A DNA stretch of 55,234 nt. Source: a virus. The notes below the pieces were generated by a model. That model worked only from the letters and a program-made list of their open reading frames with translations. It did not search any database and was not told the origin of the DNA. The stretch lies in the IMG/VR virus record IMGVR_UViG_3300019477_000080, positions 1-55,234 of that record, one strand, 5' to 3'. Shown here one piece after another: positions 16,331 to 24,628 of the stretch (position 1 is its first letter; every line of letters starts with the position of its first letter). The translations under genes were made by a program, and so were the position numbers.

Positions 16331-16384
16331 ATGAATCATGGTATTACACAGCGCGCCCGTTATTTCCCCCCAAAATAACCGCCG

Positions 16385-17032
16385 TTTTATATTCACGTGC
16401 GGCGGTGGTATGTTTGTGTTTTCCTTTAAAATCAACAACTTATTTTTTTTCTTTAAAATCAATGACTTAAGCCCAAAAATATGTATAAGAAGCCCGCTAT
16501 AAATGCGATATAAAACGTGTCTTGAGAAACTTTTTTAAGTGCCGTTTTACGATAAAACGCCTGTTATACGGTGTCCGCCTATTTTAATTTATCGTTAAAA
16601 ATTTGTAACAAGAGGATTAAGGCTACTTAACCTTTCTTAACAAATATGTATAAGCCGCCGTTTATATATAACTGCCCTCTTATTAATGACCGTTTTATAT
16701 AAGCTCTATGTTAGACTAAAATTTTATATGTATAACCGCCGTCTTATCCGCAAATGCCGTCTTATATTCAGCACGCGATTTTATCTCTTGTTTTTCATTT
16801 TCAAGTTAATGAATTTTGTAAATAACGGCGGCCTTATTTTAAGGCAGGGGATATACTGCTAGGGCATTGGATAACTTAGGTTTTATATGTAAAGCAAAAT
16901 AACCGCCGACTTATTTTACTTACCCTGTTTTGTTATGCCGTGCAATATAACCGCCGGCTTATTTTATATGGCTGGATAGTGCCGCCGTTCGGCGGTGTGA
17001 ATTTTGTGGACGGTGTATAAATGCCGCGTTAT
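16385..17032. repeat. array of at least 10 iteron-like boxes, ATAA-(C/G)CGCCG-NN-TTAT
   Basis: Best copies are at 16385, 16650, 16732, 16899 and 16947, with an inverted core at 16822. Degenerate copies are at 16668, 16752, 16871 and 17017. One further copy overlaps the P1 -10 at 15658. Confidence 0.85.
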
Positions 17033-17360
17033 ATATCCCCCCCTATTGGAACACGGAGGGCGATGGCGACCCTCGTCCGGAAAAGGGTAGTCGCACACAA
17101 TCCACAACGACCCACAAAAAATGCCCTCGATGGCTTAGGTTATATAACAAGGCGTTTATACACAGAGGTGGCATCGACAGCCCAGATGACGTAATCCCCC
17201 TCTTATGTGCAACGAATGGTTTAGACAGCAATGAACACTTATATATGTAGATGGCGAACACCGCGCCTACCTATATGGACGGCGCAGGTTTCTACTTCGG
17301 CTTCGCGTTGCCCCATCCTGCTGTGCAGGATGGTAAGTTGGTTCATCCTACGGACTCACC

Positions 17361-17389
17361 AATAAAAACACCACGCCGAAGCGTGGTGT
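17361..17389 (-). terminator. rho-independent terminator of the reverse-oriented cassette
   Basis: The minus-strand RNA reads acaccacgc-uucg-gcguggugu followed by UUUUUAUU. Confidence 0.75.
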
Positions 17390-17454
17390 AGTATCGGCAA
17401 CCTACCCCAATGACACGAGTGCCGCCCGCTGCATTGGTCGCCGACGGCGAGATA

Positions 17455-17631
17455 CTATCCACATGAGCAGTCCTCGTCAAGTCTGTATCTTACCTTACTG
17501 GTAGCGTCGCTTGATTTAACCCACCCGTCGTTCGCATCTACCTCTTCATTCTCAATAATGATGGTAGGCTTATCGGTCTCCGCCACCCACCTGTCAGCCT
17601 GCACGTTCACTTTAGTAAAGTACGTTTCCAT
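17455..17631 (-). CDS. 58-aa hypothetical protein (below the ORF-track cutoff)
   Basis: ATG overlaps the upstream stop (TAATG), preceded by GGAGGGAG. Translates METYFTKVNVQADRWVAETDKPTIIIENEEVDANDGWVKSSDATSKVRYRLDEDCSCG. Confidence 0.5.
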   Translation of the reverse strand: METYFTKVNVQADRWVAETDKPTIIIENEEVDANDGWVKSSDATSKVRYRLDEDCSCG

Positions 17632-18122
17632 TATTCTCCCTCCCCGATTTTTACCGTGGTATTATCCGCGTCATCCAAACCCAAATACCCTTTCTCATAT
17701 ATCTCTTTGTCCCACTGGTCTTCGCACTCGCATATCGCGTCGCCCATTTTCAGCACTGACTTGCCGGTAACGATATGGCCTGAACCCTCAACTGCAATAC
17801 CCCTACCACTGGTCTTAGCCCCCGCATCTTTGGTAACACCCTCTTCCATACTGTACGCGCCTCCCCCTCCGCTCTTGAGTGTGGTATCCTTTCCAAACAT
17901 AACGTAGTCCCAGTACCCCCCGTCCACGACACCACCTTCGCCGACTTTGCTCCAGCGGTTAGTATAATGAGGAGGGCAGCAACGCTCGAAGGTGCAGTCT
18001 TTGAAGACGCACCCCTTACCGAAATCGTTAGGCGCGAGAAACGTGCAGTTGGTAAAAACGCAGCCGTCCCCGTGAGTGGTATAAGGAGGGAATGTGACTC
18101 CCTGATAAACTTTTCCGTCCAT
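17631..18122 (-). CDS. Cys/Gly-rich protein with pentapeptide-repeat-like N-terminal turns
   Basis: 163 aa. GCVFTNCTFLAPNDFGKGCVFKDCTFERC resembles Qnr/MfpA-type repeats. It is divergent from terS, with only 12 bp between the two start codons. Confidence 0.5.
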   Translation of the reverse strand: MDGKVYQGVTFPPYTTHGDGCVFTNCTFLAPNDFGKGCVFKDCTFERCCPPHYTNRWSKVGEGGVVDGGYWDYVMFGKDTTLKSGGGGAYSMEEGVTKDAGAKTSGRGIAVEGSGHIVTGKSVLKMGDAICECEDQWDKEIYEKGYLGLDDADNTTVKIGEGE

Positions 18123-18134
18123 GATGGTATCCCA

Positions 18135-18584
18135 ATGACAAAACCTTTAGACCTAGATTCACTGGCCCGCGACCTCGCGGTGCTGACCGCCAACAGATTA
18201 TATAGTGAAGAGGAAATCGGTGCAGGCTACGACCTCTCGCCGTCCGACATCAACAAACTTCTCGACGACCCCGACTTCAATGCACGGGTCTCGGCACACC
18301 GAGACAGAATAGGCGATGGTAGAACAGACCTGCTCCGCGCCCAAGCGAAACTGATGTCCGAGTCCACCCTGCGCGACCTGTTCGAGATTGCCCGCAGCGA
18401 CAAAGACAAAACCTCCGACAAGCTCAAGGCCATCGCCGCCCTCGCCGAAATCGCCGACATCAAACCTCGCAACGAGCAGCAGTTCAGCGGCATGGTACTC
18501 AACGTCAACTTCGGCAGTGGTATGACACCCCCCGCCGTCGCCACCATAACCCCGATGGAGGCCATCGAGCATGAGCAGTCTTAA
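18135..18584 (+). CDS. terS: terminase small subunit (by position and composition)
   Basis: Start trimmed to MTKPLDLDSL. About 149 aa and helical. Overlaps the terL start by 14 nt. Confidence 0.55.
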   Translation: MTKPLDLDSLARDLAVLTANRLYSEEEIGAGYDLSPSDINKLLDDPDFNARVSAHRDRIGDGRTDLLRAQAKLMSESTLRDLFEIARSDKDKTSDKLKAIAALAEIADIKPRNEQQFSGMVLNVNFGSGMTPPAVATITPMEAIEHEQS

Positions 18585-20082
18585 TATCGGTTTCCCACTA
18601 GACCAGTACCCCACACTCAAACGCGCGTCGATGTCTACGGCGTTGATTCGCCTTACCTGCGGCCCTGCCGGTTCAGCGAAAACTTCTTGGGCAATCATGG
18701 AGTTACTGCGCTCTGCGCTGCTTCAGACCCCCTCGCCTTTGGACAACACCCGCTACTTCCGCGCATTGGTCGTGCGCAACACCTACGCGCTACTGAAATC
18801 GAACACCATTCCGTCTATGAAAAATATGTTTGGTCCGCTGTTGCAGGTCACGGAGGGTAGTCAACCGTTCGGGCGTGTCCGCGCACGGCTGCAAGATGGT
18901 ACGGCTCTCGACATGGAGATACAGTTCCTCGCCCTCGACAGTGAGGACGCACAGGACAAGCTCTTGGGTGCAGAGCCGACGATGGTGCTGTGTGACGAGT
19001 TGAACTTGATGCCGGAGAGCGTGGTCTTCGCCTTGGTGCGCCGTCTCGGTCGCTACCCCAGCGGGACGAAAGGCAAGGTAGATAGGACGGGCATCATCGG
19101 TGTGTTCAACGGTCCGGTCAAAGGGTCGTGGTTGCACAAGTGGTATCTCGGCGAGCGCGATGCGCAGTTCGAGAAAGTGGCGCGTGAGATGGGTGTCGAG
19201 AAGTTGGTCGAGATGTTCAGTCAGCCGCCGGCACTCATTCCACCCGCAGGATTCCCCAACAGCCACGACCCCAACGACGAGTGGTTGCCCAATCCGGAGG
19301 CGGAGAACATTCAGAACCTCGCTCAAGGGTATGGTTACTACTACGCCATGCTCGCCGACCCCGACATGGGTAAGATACAGAGCTATGTGCTGGGCGAGTT
19401 CGCGGATGTGAAACACGGCAAGGTGGTATTCCCAGAGTTCCATCGGGACGTGCATACGTTCCCCGCCGAGCGGGTCAACACCAAGGAGCTGCGCGACTAC
19501 TATCTCGCTTTCGACTTCGGGCGCACGCCGGTCTGCATCGTTGGCACGCTGCTGTCGGATGGTACACTCATGGTACTGGACGAGTTCATGGGAGAGGATA
19601 TGAGCGTGGAGCAGCTCTACCGCGCTACGGTGCGGCCTGCGCTCAAGCGCAACTATCCCAACGGCATATGTGTCAGGGCCTACGGCGACCCCGCCGGTCT
19701 GACCGGTGGGCAGAACATCAACCTGTCCCCGTTCGACGTGCTGCGCAAGGAGGGTGTGCCTATCGTCGCGCCGACACGCAGCAACAAGCTAGAGCCTCGA
19801 CTGGCTGCGGTGCGCAGCTTCATGTCCTCACTCGGTACGGGCGGCAAGCCGCGACTGCTCATACGGGACAACTGCCGCTTCCTCATCCAAGCACTGGCAG
19901 CCGACTATATCTACGAGAACCGCAGCGGCGGGCGCACCGCCGACACACCTACCAAGTCCCACGTCGGCTGGGTTAGTGACTTAAGTGATAGTTTACAATA
20001 CTTATCACTTGGGTTACTATTAGTCATGTCCACCGGCGACGATGACGCAACACAGTACGAGACAGAGATAGAGTGGTGTTGA
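18571..20082 (+). CDS. terL: terminase large subunit
   Basis: Walker A LTCGPAGSAKTSWA, Walker B-like VLCDELN, and a C-terminal RNase-H-like nuclease region (FDFGRTP...GDPAG). Confidence 0.85.
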   Translation: MSSLNIGFPLDQYPTLKRASMSTALIRLTCGPAGSAKTSWAIMELLRSALLQTPSPLDNTRYFRALVVRNTYALLKSNTIPSMKNMFGPLLQVTEGSQPFGRVRARLQDGTALDMEIQFLALDSEDAQDKLLGAEPTMVLCDELNLMPESVVFALVRRLGRYPSGTKGKVDRTGIIGVFNGPVKGSWLHKWYLGERDAQFEKVAREMGVEKLVEMFSQPPALIPPAGFPNSHDPNDEWLPNPEAENIQNLAQGYGYYYAMLADPDMGKIQSYVLGEFADVKHGKVVFPEFHRDVHTFPAERVNTKELRDYYLAFDFGRTPVCIVGTLLSDGTLMVLDEFMGEDMSVEQLYRATVRPALKRNYPNGICVRAYGDPAGLTGGQNINLSPFDVLRKEGVPIVAPTRSNKLEPRLAAVRSFMSSLGTGGKPRLLIRDNCRFLIQALAADYIYENRSGGRTADTPTKSHVGWVSDLSDSLQYLSLGLLLVMSTGDDDATQYETEIEWC

Positions 20083-20188
20083 CAGATACAGCAACCCTAT
20101 GGCATAGTCGCACCCTCACATATTGTGATTTCTGATTTCGCTCATTTTTTCTGCTCCGTGCCGGACTAAACTTCAAACCGACGGCCTT

Positions 20189-20218
20189 AGCCCACCTTGT
20201 ACGGTGGGCTTCTTTTTT
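20189..20218 (+). terminator. hairpin plus T-tract, module 1
   Basis: agcccacc-ttgtac-ggtgggct then TCTTTTTT, directly followed by TGgTATACT. Confidence 0.65.
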
Positions 20219-20260
20219 GGTATACTACGCACTCATCCATTCTTTGAAATCAGTGCTCCG

Positions 20261-20288
20261 CCCGACTTCCACAGTCGGGTTCTTTTTT
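20261..20288 (+). terminator. hairpin plus T-tract, module 2
   Basis: cccgact-tccac-agtcggg then TTCTTTTTT, directly followed by TGgTATCAT. Confidence 0.65.
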
Positions 20289-20338
20289 GGTATCATGGGG
20301 TTCTAACTGTTTGATTAACCCCAACCAAGGAGGTCGTC

Positions 20339-20410
20339 ATGACTACCAAGAAAGCACGTTGCAACGGTAAACGCACCGGTTGTGCGTCCAACGGCACTGC
20401 ACGAGGCTGA
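20339..20410 (+). CDS. 23-aa basic micro-ORF upstream of the portal gene (speculative)
   Basis: Among the strongest SD sequences seen in the window (AAGGAGG, 6 nt before the ATG). Translates MTTKKARCNGKRTGCASNGTARG. The stop lies 2 nt before the portal ATG. Confidence 0.3.
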   Translation: MTTKKARCNGKRTGCASNGTARG

Positions 20411-20412
20411 GT

Positions 20413-22335
20413 ATGGACGAGAGCCTTATTGACACGCTGGGCGATATGGTCGTTTCACGCTTCCGTAAGGCTCGTGAAGCCAAGATGCCCCACTATAACG
20501 ATATGATGGACTGCCTCAAGCTGATGAACGGGCAGCCATTATCTGCGCCCGCTGGGGACGGGCCTGACATCGTTATGGATATTAGTTCCCCAATCGTGAA
20601 GAATATTGTTGGTCTGATACGCGACATCTTCGTCGGTTCGACAGCCCAGCCGTACACCATCAACGCTACGCCGGTGGTAGAGCTTCCTGAAGACGTGGAG
20701 GCACAACTGCTTGAGAAAATCGAGCGCGAGCTTGAGGTGTTTATCGCCATCAACGGCGGCGACGTGAACGCGGTACGCGCCCAAGTGAGTGAGATGCGGG
20801 CGGCAGTGCAGCTTGAAGAGAACCGCAAGGCAAGCGTGGCGGCAGACCGACTACGCACCATCATTGCCGACCGTCTGTACGACGCGGACTGGGAGGCGCA
20901 GTTTATTGACTTCATCGACCATTTCTGCATTTACCCTGCGGCGATTATGAAAGCCCCTGCGGTAAACACACGCACCGTCATGCGTTGGGATGGTACAACC
21001 GTGTCGCCGACAACAGAGACCGTGCGTCAGGTCGAGAACATTTCCCCTTTCGACTTCTTCCCTGCACCGTATGCAACCGACATTCAGACTGCGGATTACG
21101 TCATCGAACGCCGCCGTCTGACACGCAACGAGTTGCTCCAGTTGGGCAGTGCCTACGGTTACGACGAGGACGTGATTGCCGAAGTGTTCGAGGCGAACCC
21201 GAACGGCGCACCCCTACCGTATGGGTCTGTGGATGACGACGACATATCCGACACCATCGGTGTGGACAAGACCGACATGGACGCGTTCGACGCTTTGGGG
21301 TACTACGGAAGAATCCGCAACGACCTGCTCGCTGAGTATGGTATTGAGTTCGCAGAAGAGGAGATGCACGGCGCATCCGAGGCAGAGGTATGGGTCGTCG
21401 GCGGGCGTGTGATTAAGTGTCTGTTGAACCCTGACCCGTTGGGCCGCCGCCCGTTCTATAAAGCCTGCTTCGAGAAAGTACCGAGTTCGTTTTGGGGTGC
21501 GTCCCCAGCGATGAAGCTGCGCGATACCCAGCGCGTGTGTACGGCCTCCGTCCGTGCGTTGGTACGCAATATGCAGTATTCCAGTGGGCCTATCGGCGAG
21601 GTACGCAAGGGCGCGGTCAAGGACGGCCACGCACCGAACGCAATTATTCCGCACACCATCCGCGTGGTAGAGGAAGACAACTTCGGCAACGGCGCACCAG
21701 CCTACCGGTTCTACACCGTACCGTCTCTGTCCAACGAGCTTGTCGCCTTGTTCGATAAATTCATGGGTTACGGCTACGAGCTGATTGGTATCCCCCGTGT
21801 AGCGTTCGGCTCGCCGCAAGGTTTGGGTACGCTGGGGCGTACCGCAGGTGGCGTGTCCATCATTTTGAACCAGTCCACCAAGGCCATTAAGCAGGCACTG
21901 CGTATGATTGAGTCTGGGCTGATTGAGCCTGTGGTACAAGAGTTCATCAACTATGAGATTCGTACCAGTAACGACCCAGACATCCGTGGCGACATCCGCG
22001 TGTTCGCCCGTGGCGTGTCGGGGCTGATGGAGCAAGAGGGTAAGAACGGCGACCTTGAGTGGGCGTTGCAATCCATCTCCAGTATGGTCGGTGTGGTTGA
22101 CCCAGCTACCCAACAGCCTGTCGTTCCGATTACGGCGGTGCAACGTATCTTGTACACCATGTTCAAGAATAAGGGCTTGTCCACAGATGGTATCTTCCCC
22201 GACTTCGACCGGCAAGAAGCGTTCGGCGAGATTACAGGCCAGCCTATGCCGCAAGACCCCGCCAGCGGCGTTCCTGATTTACAGGGGCGCAGCCCTAATG
22301 CTGAAGCGGCTATCGCTGCCGCTAACGGAGGCTAA
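20413..22335 (+). CDS. portal protein (by position and size)
   Basis: 641 aa, first large gene after terL. ATG at 20413 with a GAGG SD. The track start at 20380 is non-ATG. Confidence 0.65.
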   Translation: MDESLIDTLGDMVVSRFRKAREAKMPHYNDMMDCLKLMNGQPLSAPAGDGPDIVMDISSPIVKNIVGLIRDIFVGSTAQPYTINATPVVELPEDVEAQLLEKIERELEVFIAINGGDVNAVRAQVSEMRAAVQLEENRKASVAADRLRTIIADRLYDADWEAQFIDFIDHFCIYPAAIMKAPAVNTRTVMRWDGTTVSPTTETVRQVENISPFDFFPAPYATDIQTADYVIERRRLTRNELLQLGSAYGYDEDVIAEVFEANPNGAPLPYGSVDDDDISDTIGVDKTDMDAFDALGYYGRIRNDLLAEYGIEFAEEEMHGASEAEVWVVGGRVIKCLLNPDPLGRRPFYKACFEKVPSSFWGASPAMKLRDTQRVCTASVRALVRNMQYSSGPIGEVRKGAVKDGHAPNAIIPHTIRVVEEDNFGNGAPAYRFYTVPSLSNELVALFDKFMGYGYELIGIPRVAFGSPQGLGTLGRTAGGVSIILNQSTKAIKQALRMIESGLIEPVVQEFINYEIRTSNDPDIRGDIRVFARGVSGLMEQEGKNGDLEWALQSISSMVGVVDPATQQPVVPITAVQRILYTMFKNKGLSTDGIFPDFDRQEAFGEITGQPMPQDPASGVPDLQGRSPNAEAAIAAANGG

Positions 22336-22337
22336 TT

Positions 22338-22754
22338 ATGCTTACATCTAAATGTGATTCGACCGTTATCACTATGGTGGCGGAGGGCCGACCGATTGAG
22401 GTTGGTTCTTCCACTAAGTTGTACCCTCATATCGAGGAGTCCATGCCGGTGCGTGTTGGCCCTGTGGCTACACCGTTTATGCTGCACACGACGACCTCCG
22501 ATGAGGGTATGCCCTGTGTACGGATTAAAGCCGAGCGCGTGGTAGAATGTCCTAGTGGCTGTGCTGTGAGTGAATTTAAGTACCCGTTCCCATTGGGCTG
22601 CGGGGCTTCTCACTTGCTACCGGCAGGCACATATGATATAACTGTGTGCAAACAAGAAGCTGCGTCGCTAGAGATAGGCGACGTGATTGACTTAACCTTG
22701 ATGGTAGAACCTGTCACTGACAGCTTCGCCGCTATTTATTTGCGTAAGGTGTAG
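22338..22754 (+). CDS. hypothetical head-module protein
   Basis: 138-aa ORF with a GGAGG SD. Confidence 0.55.
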   Translation: MLTSKCDSTVITMVAEGRPIEVGSSTKLYPHIEESMPVRVGPVATPFMLHTTTSDEGMPCVRIKAERVVECPSGCAVSEFKYPFPLGCGASHLLPAGTYDITVCKQEAASLEIGDVIDLTLMVEPVTDSFAAIYLRKV

Positions 22755-22755
22755 C

Positions 22756-23010
22756 ATGAGTGCGAACCGTCTTAACCTGCCCGAAAGTACCGGTCGCGCG
22801 ATTCAGTTGAGTCGCAAGGAAGCCAGTACCTTGATGGGCTTTCAGCGTTCGGCGTATGCTGCGCCGATTAAAGAAATCTTGTTGAAAGTGCTGGACGACA
22901 GCCGTGTTGTCAACGAGACCGAGACTGCTTCCGAAGAAAACCGTATGCGTGTTGCCGCGGTTAAGGACATTTTGGAAACCCTGTTCACGGGTAAGGTGGA
23001 ATTAGAATGA
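22756..23010 (+). CDS. hypothetical head-module protein
   Basis: 84-aa ORF, tightly packed. Confidence 0.5.
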   Translation: MSANRLNLPESTGRAIQLSRKEASTLMGFQRSAYAAPIKEILLKVLDDSRVVNETETASEENRMRVAAVKDILETLFTGKVELE

Positions 23011-23297
23011 AGAAGCCTGAAGCTATTTTAGTGACCCCATGCCGTGCCGTGGTGGTCTCCGGTGTTGACTTGCAAGAGGGCGATAAGTTCATCGTCCACC
23101 GCGTCATTGACAGCGAGTGCGTTATGGAGGACGCAAAGGATATTCCTTTCTCCCCATGCGGCAAGGTCGTCACACTTGACCTGAACCATAACCCAGTCAT
23201 GATTGATATGGCGGGTTATTACCGTATTTATCCTGATGGTGTGGTAAGTGATACAGCGTCCCTGTACATTGACCGCATTTCATCCTGCGAGAAGTGA
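23007..23297 (+). CDS. hypothetical head-module protein
   Basis: 96-aa ORF with an ATGA overlap. Confidence 0.5.
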   Translation: MKKPEAILVTPCRAVVVSGVDLQEGDKFIVHRVIDSECVMEDAKDIPFSPCGKVVTLDLNHNPVMIDMAGYYRIYPDGVVSDTASLYIDRISSCEK

Positions 23298-23298
23298 T

Positions 23299-23532
23299 AT
23301 GAATCATCGTACCCGCCTTGACCTTGTTTCTTCAGATGAACAAGCTGCCGCTCGTGATGGGTTGTCTCGCCTGCGTTCCAACCGCGACTTTGAAGCTCTG
23401 ATTACTTTGCTTGAACAAGAGTTGGTAATCGAGCGTGAGTTGTATGAGACACGCACAGCGTCCGACCACCAGCGCGGACAGGTTGTCATGTTGAAGAAAG
23501 TCATTGACCTTTTAGAAACTGGAGACAAATAA
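23299..23532 (+). CDS. hypothetical head-module protein
   Basis: Start trimmed to MNHRTRLDLV, immediately after the upstream stop. Confidence 0.5.
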   Translation: MNHRTRLDLVSSDEQAAARDGLSRLRSNRDFEALITLLEQELVIERELYETRTASDHQRGQVVMLKKVIDLLETGDK

Positions 23533-23535
23533 CCT

Positions 23536-24603
23536 ATGCCTACCGATTCATTCTTTGGTATCGAAGAAGCGTTGACTTCCGCCGGTATCAACCCCACAGC
23601 CGCCCCAGTGGTAGAGCAAAACCCAACACAGAGCGTTGCGCAAGAGCAACAGCCTGCGCCTGTGCAGGAGCAAATCCTGCCCACAGACGATGAAATCTAT
23701 GACGATATAAGTGACTACGTTGCCGATAGTGGTAATATTGATGTAGGTAATGAGGTACATCAACCTCAACAAACCGAAGCCCCGCGCCAGCAACCGACCA
23801 TCACTCCGGAAATCGCGGCACTGCTCCAACAAAATCAAGCACTGTTGCAACAACAGTTTGCAGCTTCGCAGAAATCGAACGAAGACCGCGTAGCAGAGTT
23901 GGAAGCCAAACTCCGCGCCTATGAGCAGAAGCCGGCCGAGGGGGACAAGAAACCGTGGTATGAGGGCATCGAAGTACCTGAACTGACCAAAGAGCAACTC
24001 GACGCATACGCCAGTTCCTTGCCTGTCATTGAGGCCATTGCCGCGCGTAAGGCCGTAGAGATTGCCAAACGCCTTGAGGCAGAACGCTTGAATCCTTTGG
24101 CTCGTCAGTTTGACGATACGGTTCAACCGCTTCAAGCGCAAGTGCAACAGCAAGAAGAGCTACGCGCCATCAACGCGCGGCAGCAGTACAACCAAGCTAT
24201 CGCAACGAAATTACCGTGGCTGCGTGATGCGGTAAACACTGCTGAATACGCACAGTATTACAATGCAGTTGTGCCGAACACCGGCGGTTTGACCCGCGCA
24301 GCATTGGTACAGAATGCAGAAGCCGTAGGCAACGTAGATGCCGTTGTAGATTTATTGTCAGGGTTCAAACCCGCTCAACCCGTATCACAACAGCAACTGA
24401 CCGCCCCTGGCCGAAGCAATGCAATTAACTATTCCCAACAGGCTACCGCCGCCCAGCCTAAAGGAAAACGTGGCATGAAATTGTCAACGTATAACCGCGC
24501 CCTGCAAGACTTCTCCAATGGCAAAATGTCGCCCGAGCAATTCGCTAAATACGAAGACGCTTGGAATACTGCGCTACTTAACGGTGTAGCGGTAATGGAC
24601 TAA
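23536..24603 (+). CDS. scaffolding protein (candidate)
   Basis: 355 aa, Gln/Glu/Ala-rich helical protein directly upstream of the capsid gene. Confidence 0.55.
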   Translation: MPTDSFFGIEEALTSAGINPTAAPVVEQNPTQSVAQEQQPAPVQEQILPTDDEIYDDISDYVADSGNIDVGNEVHQPQQTEAPRQQPTITPEIAALLQQNQALLQQQFAASQKSNEDRVAELEAKLRAYEQKPAEGDKKPWYEGIEVPELTKEQLDAYASSLPVIEAIAARKAVEIAKRLEAERLNPLARQFDDTVQPLQAQVQQQEELRAINARQQYNQAIATKLPWLRDAVNTAEYAQYYNAVVPNTGGLTRAALVQNAEAVGNVDAVVDLLSGFKPAQPVSQQQLTAPGRSNAINYSQQATAAQPKGKRGMKLSTYNRALQDFSNGKMSPEQFAKYEDAWNTALLNGVAVMD

Positions 24604-24628
24604 TTCTCTTTTAACATGAGGTAAAATT

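Noticed and set aside
16385-17032. The iteron array as a CRISPR array.
   Set aside because: The boxes are only 16 bp, degenerate, in both orientations and irregularly spaced (18-265 bp). There are no cas genes.
17043-17261. 72-aa minus-strand ORF downstream of the cassette terminator.
   Set aside because: It lies after a strong terminator, has no SD, and has an odd composition. It is treated as non-coding.
15183-17454. tRNA or tmRNA genes in the large non-coding region.
   Set aside because: No GTTCRANYC T-loop or cloverleaf-compatible stems were seen on either strand by eye. This still needs a tRNAscan-type check.
18121-18133. A TGGTATCCC match to the TGGTAT extended -10-like motif immediately before the terS ATG.
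   Set aside because: The implied start site would fall inside the coding sequence. A 6-mer core is expected many times by chance in 55 kb.
17967-18134. The longer terS reading frame starting at 17967.
   Set aside because: The extension is antisense to the 163-aa minus-strand gene and has a shadow-frame composition. The MTKPLDLDS start at 18135 is preferred, although no clear SD precedes either start.
21214-22254. 346-aa minus-strand ORF.
   Set aside because: It is antisense to the portal gene within a uniformly plus-strand operon, and is a shadow ORF.
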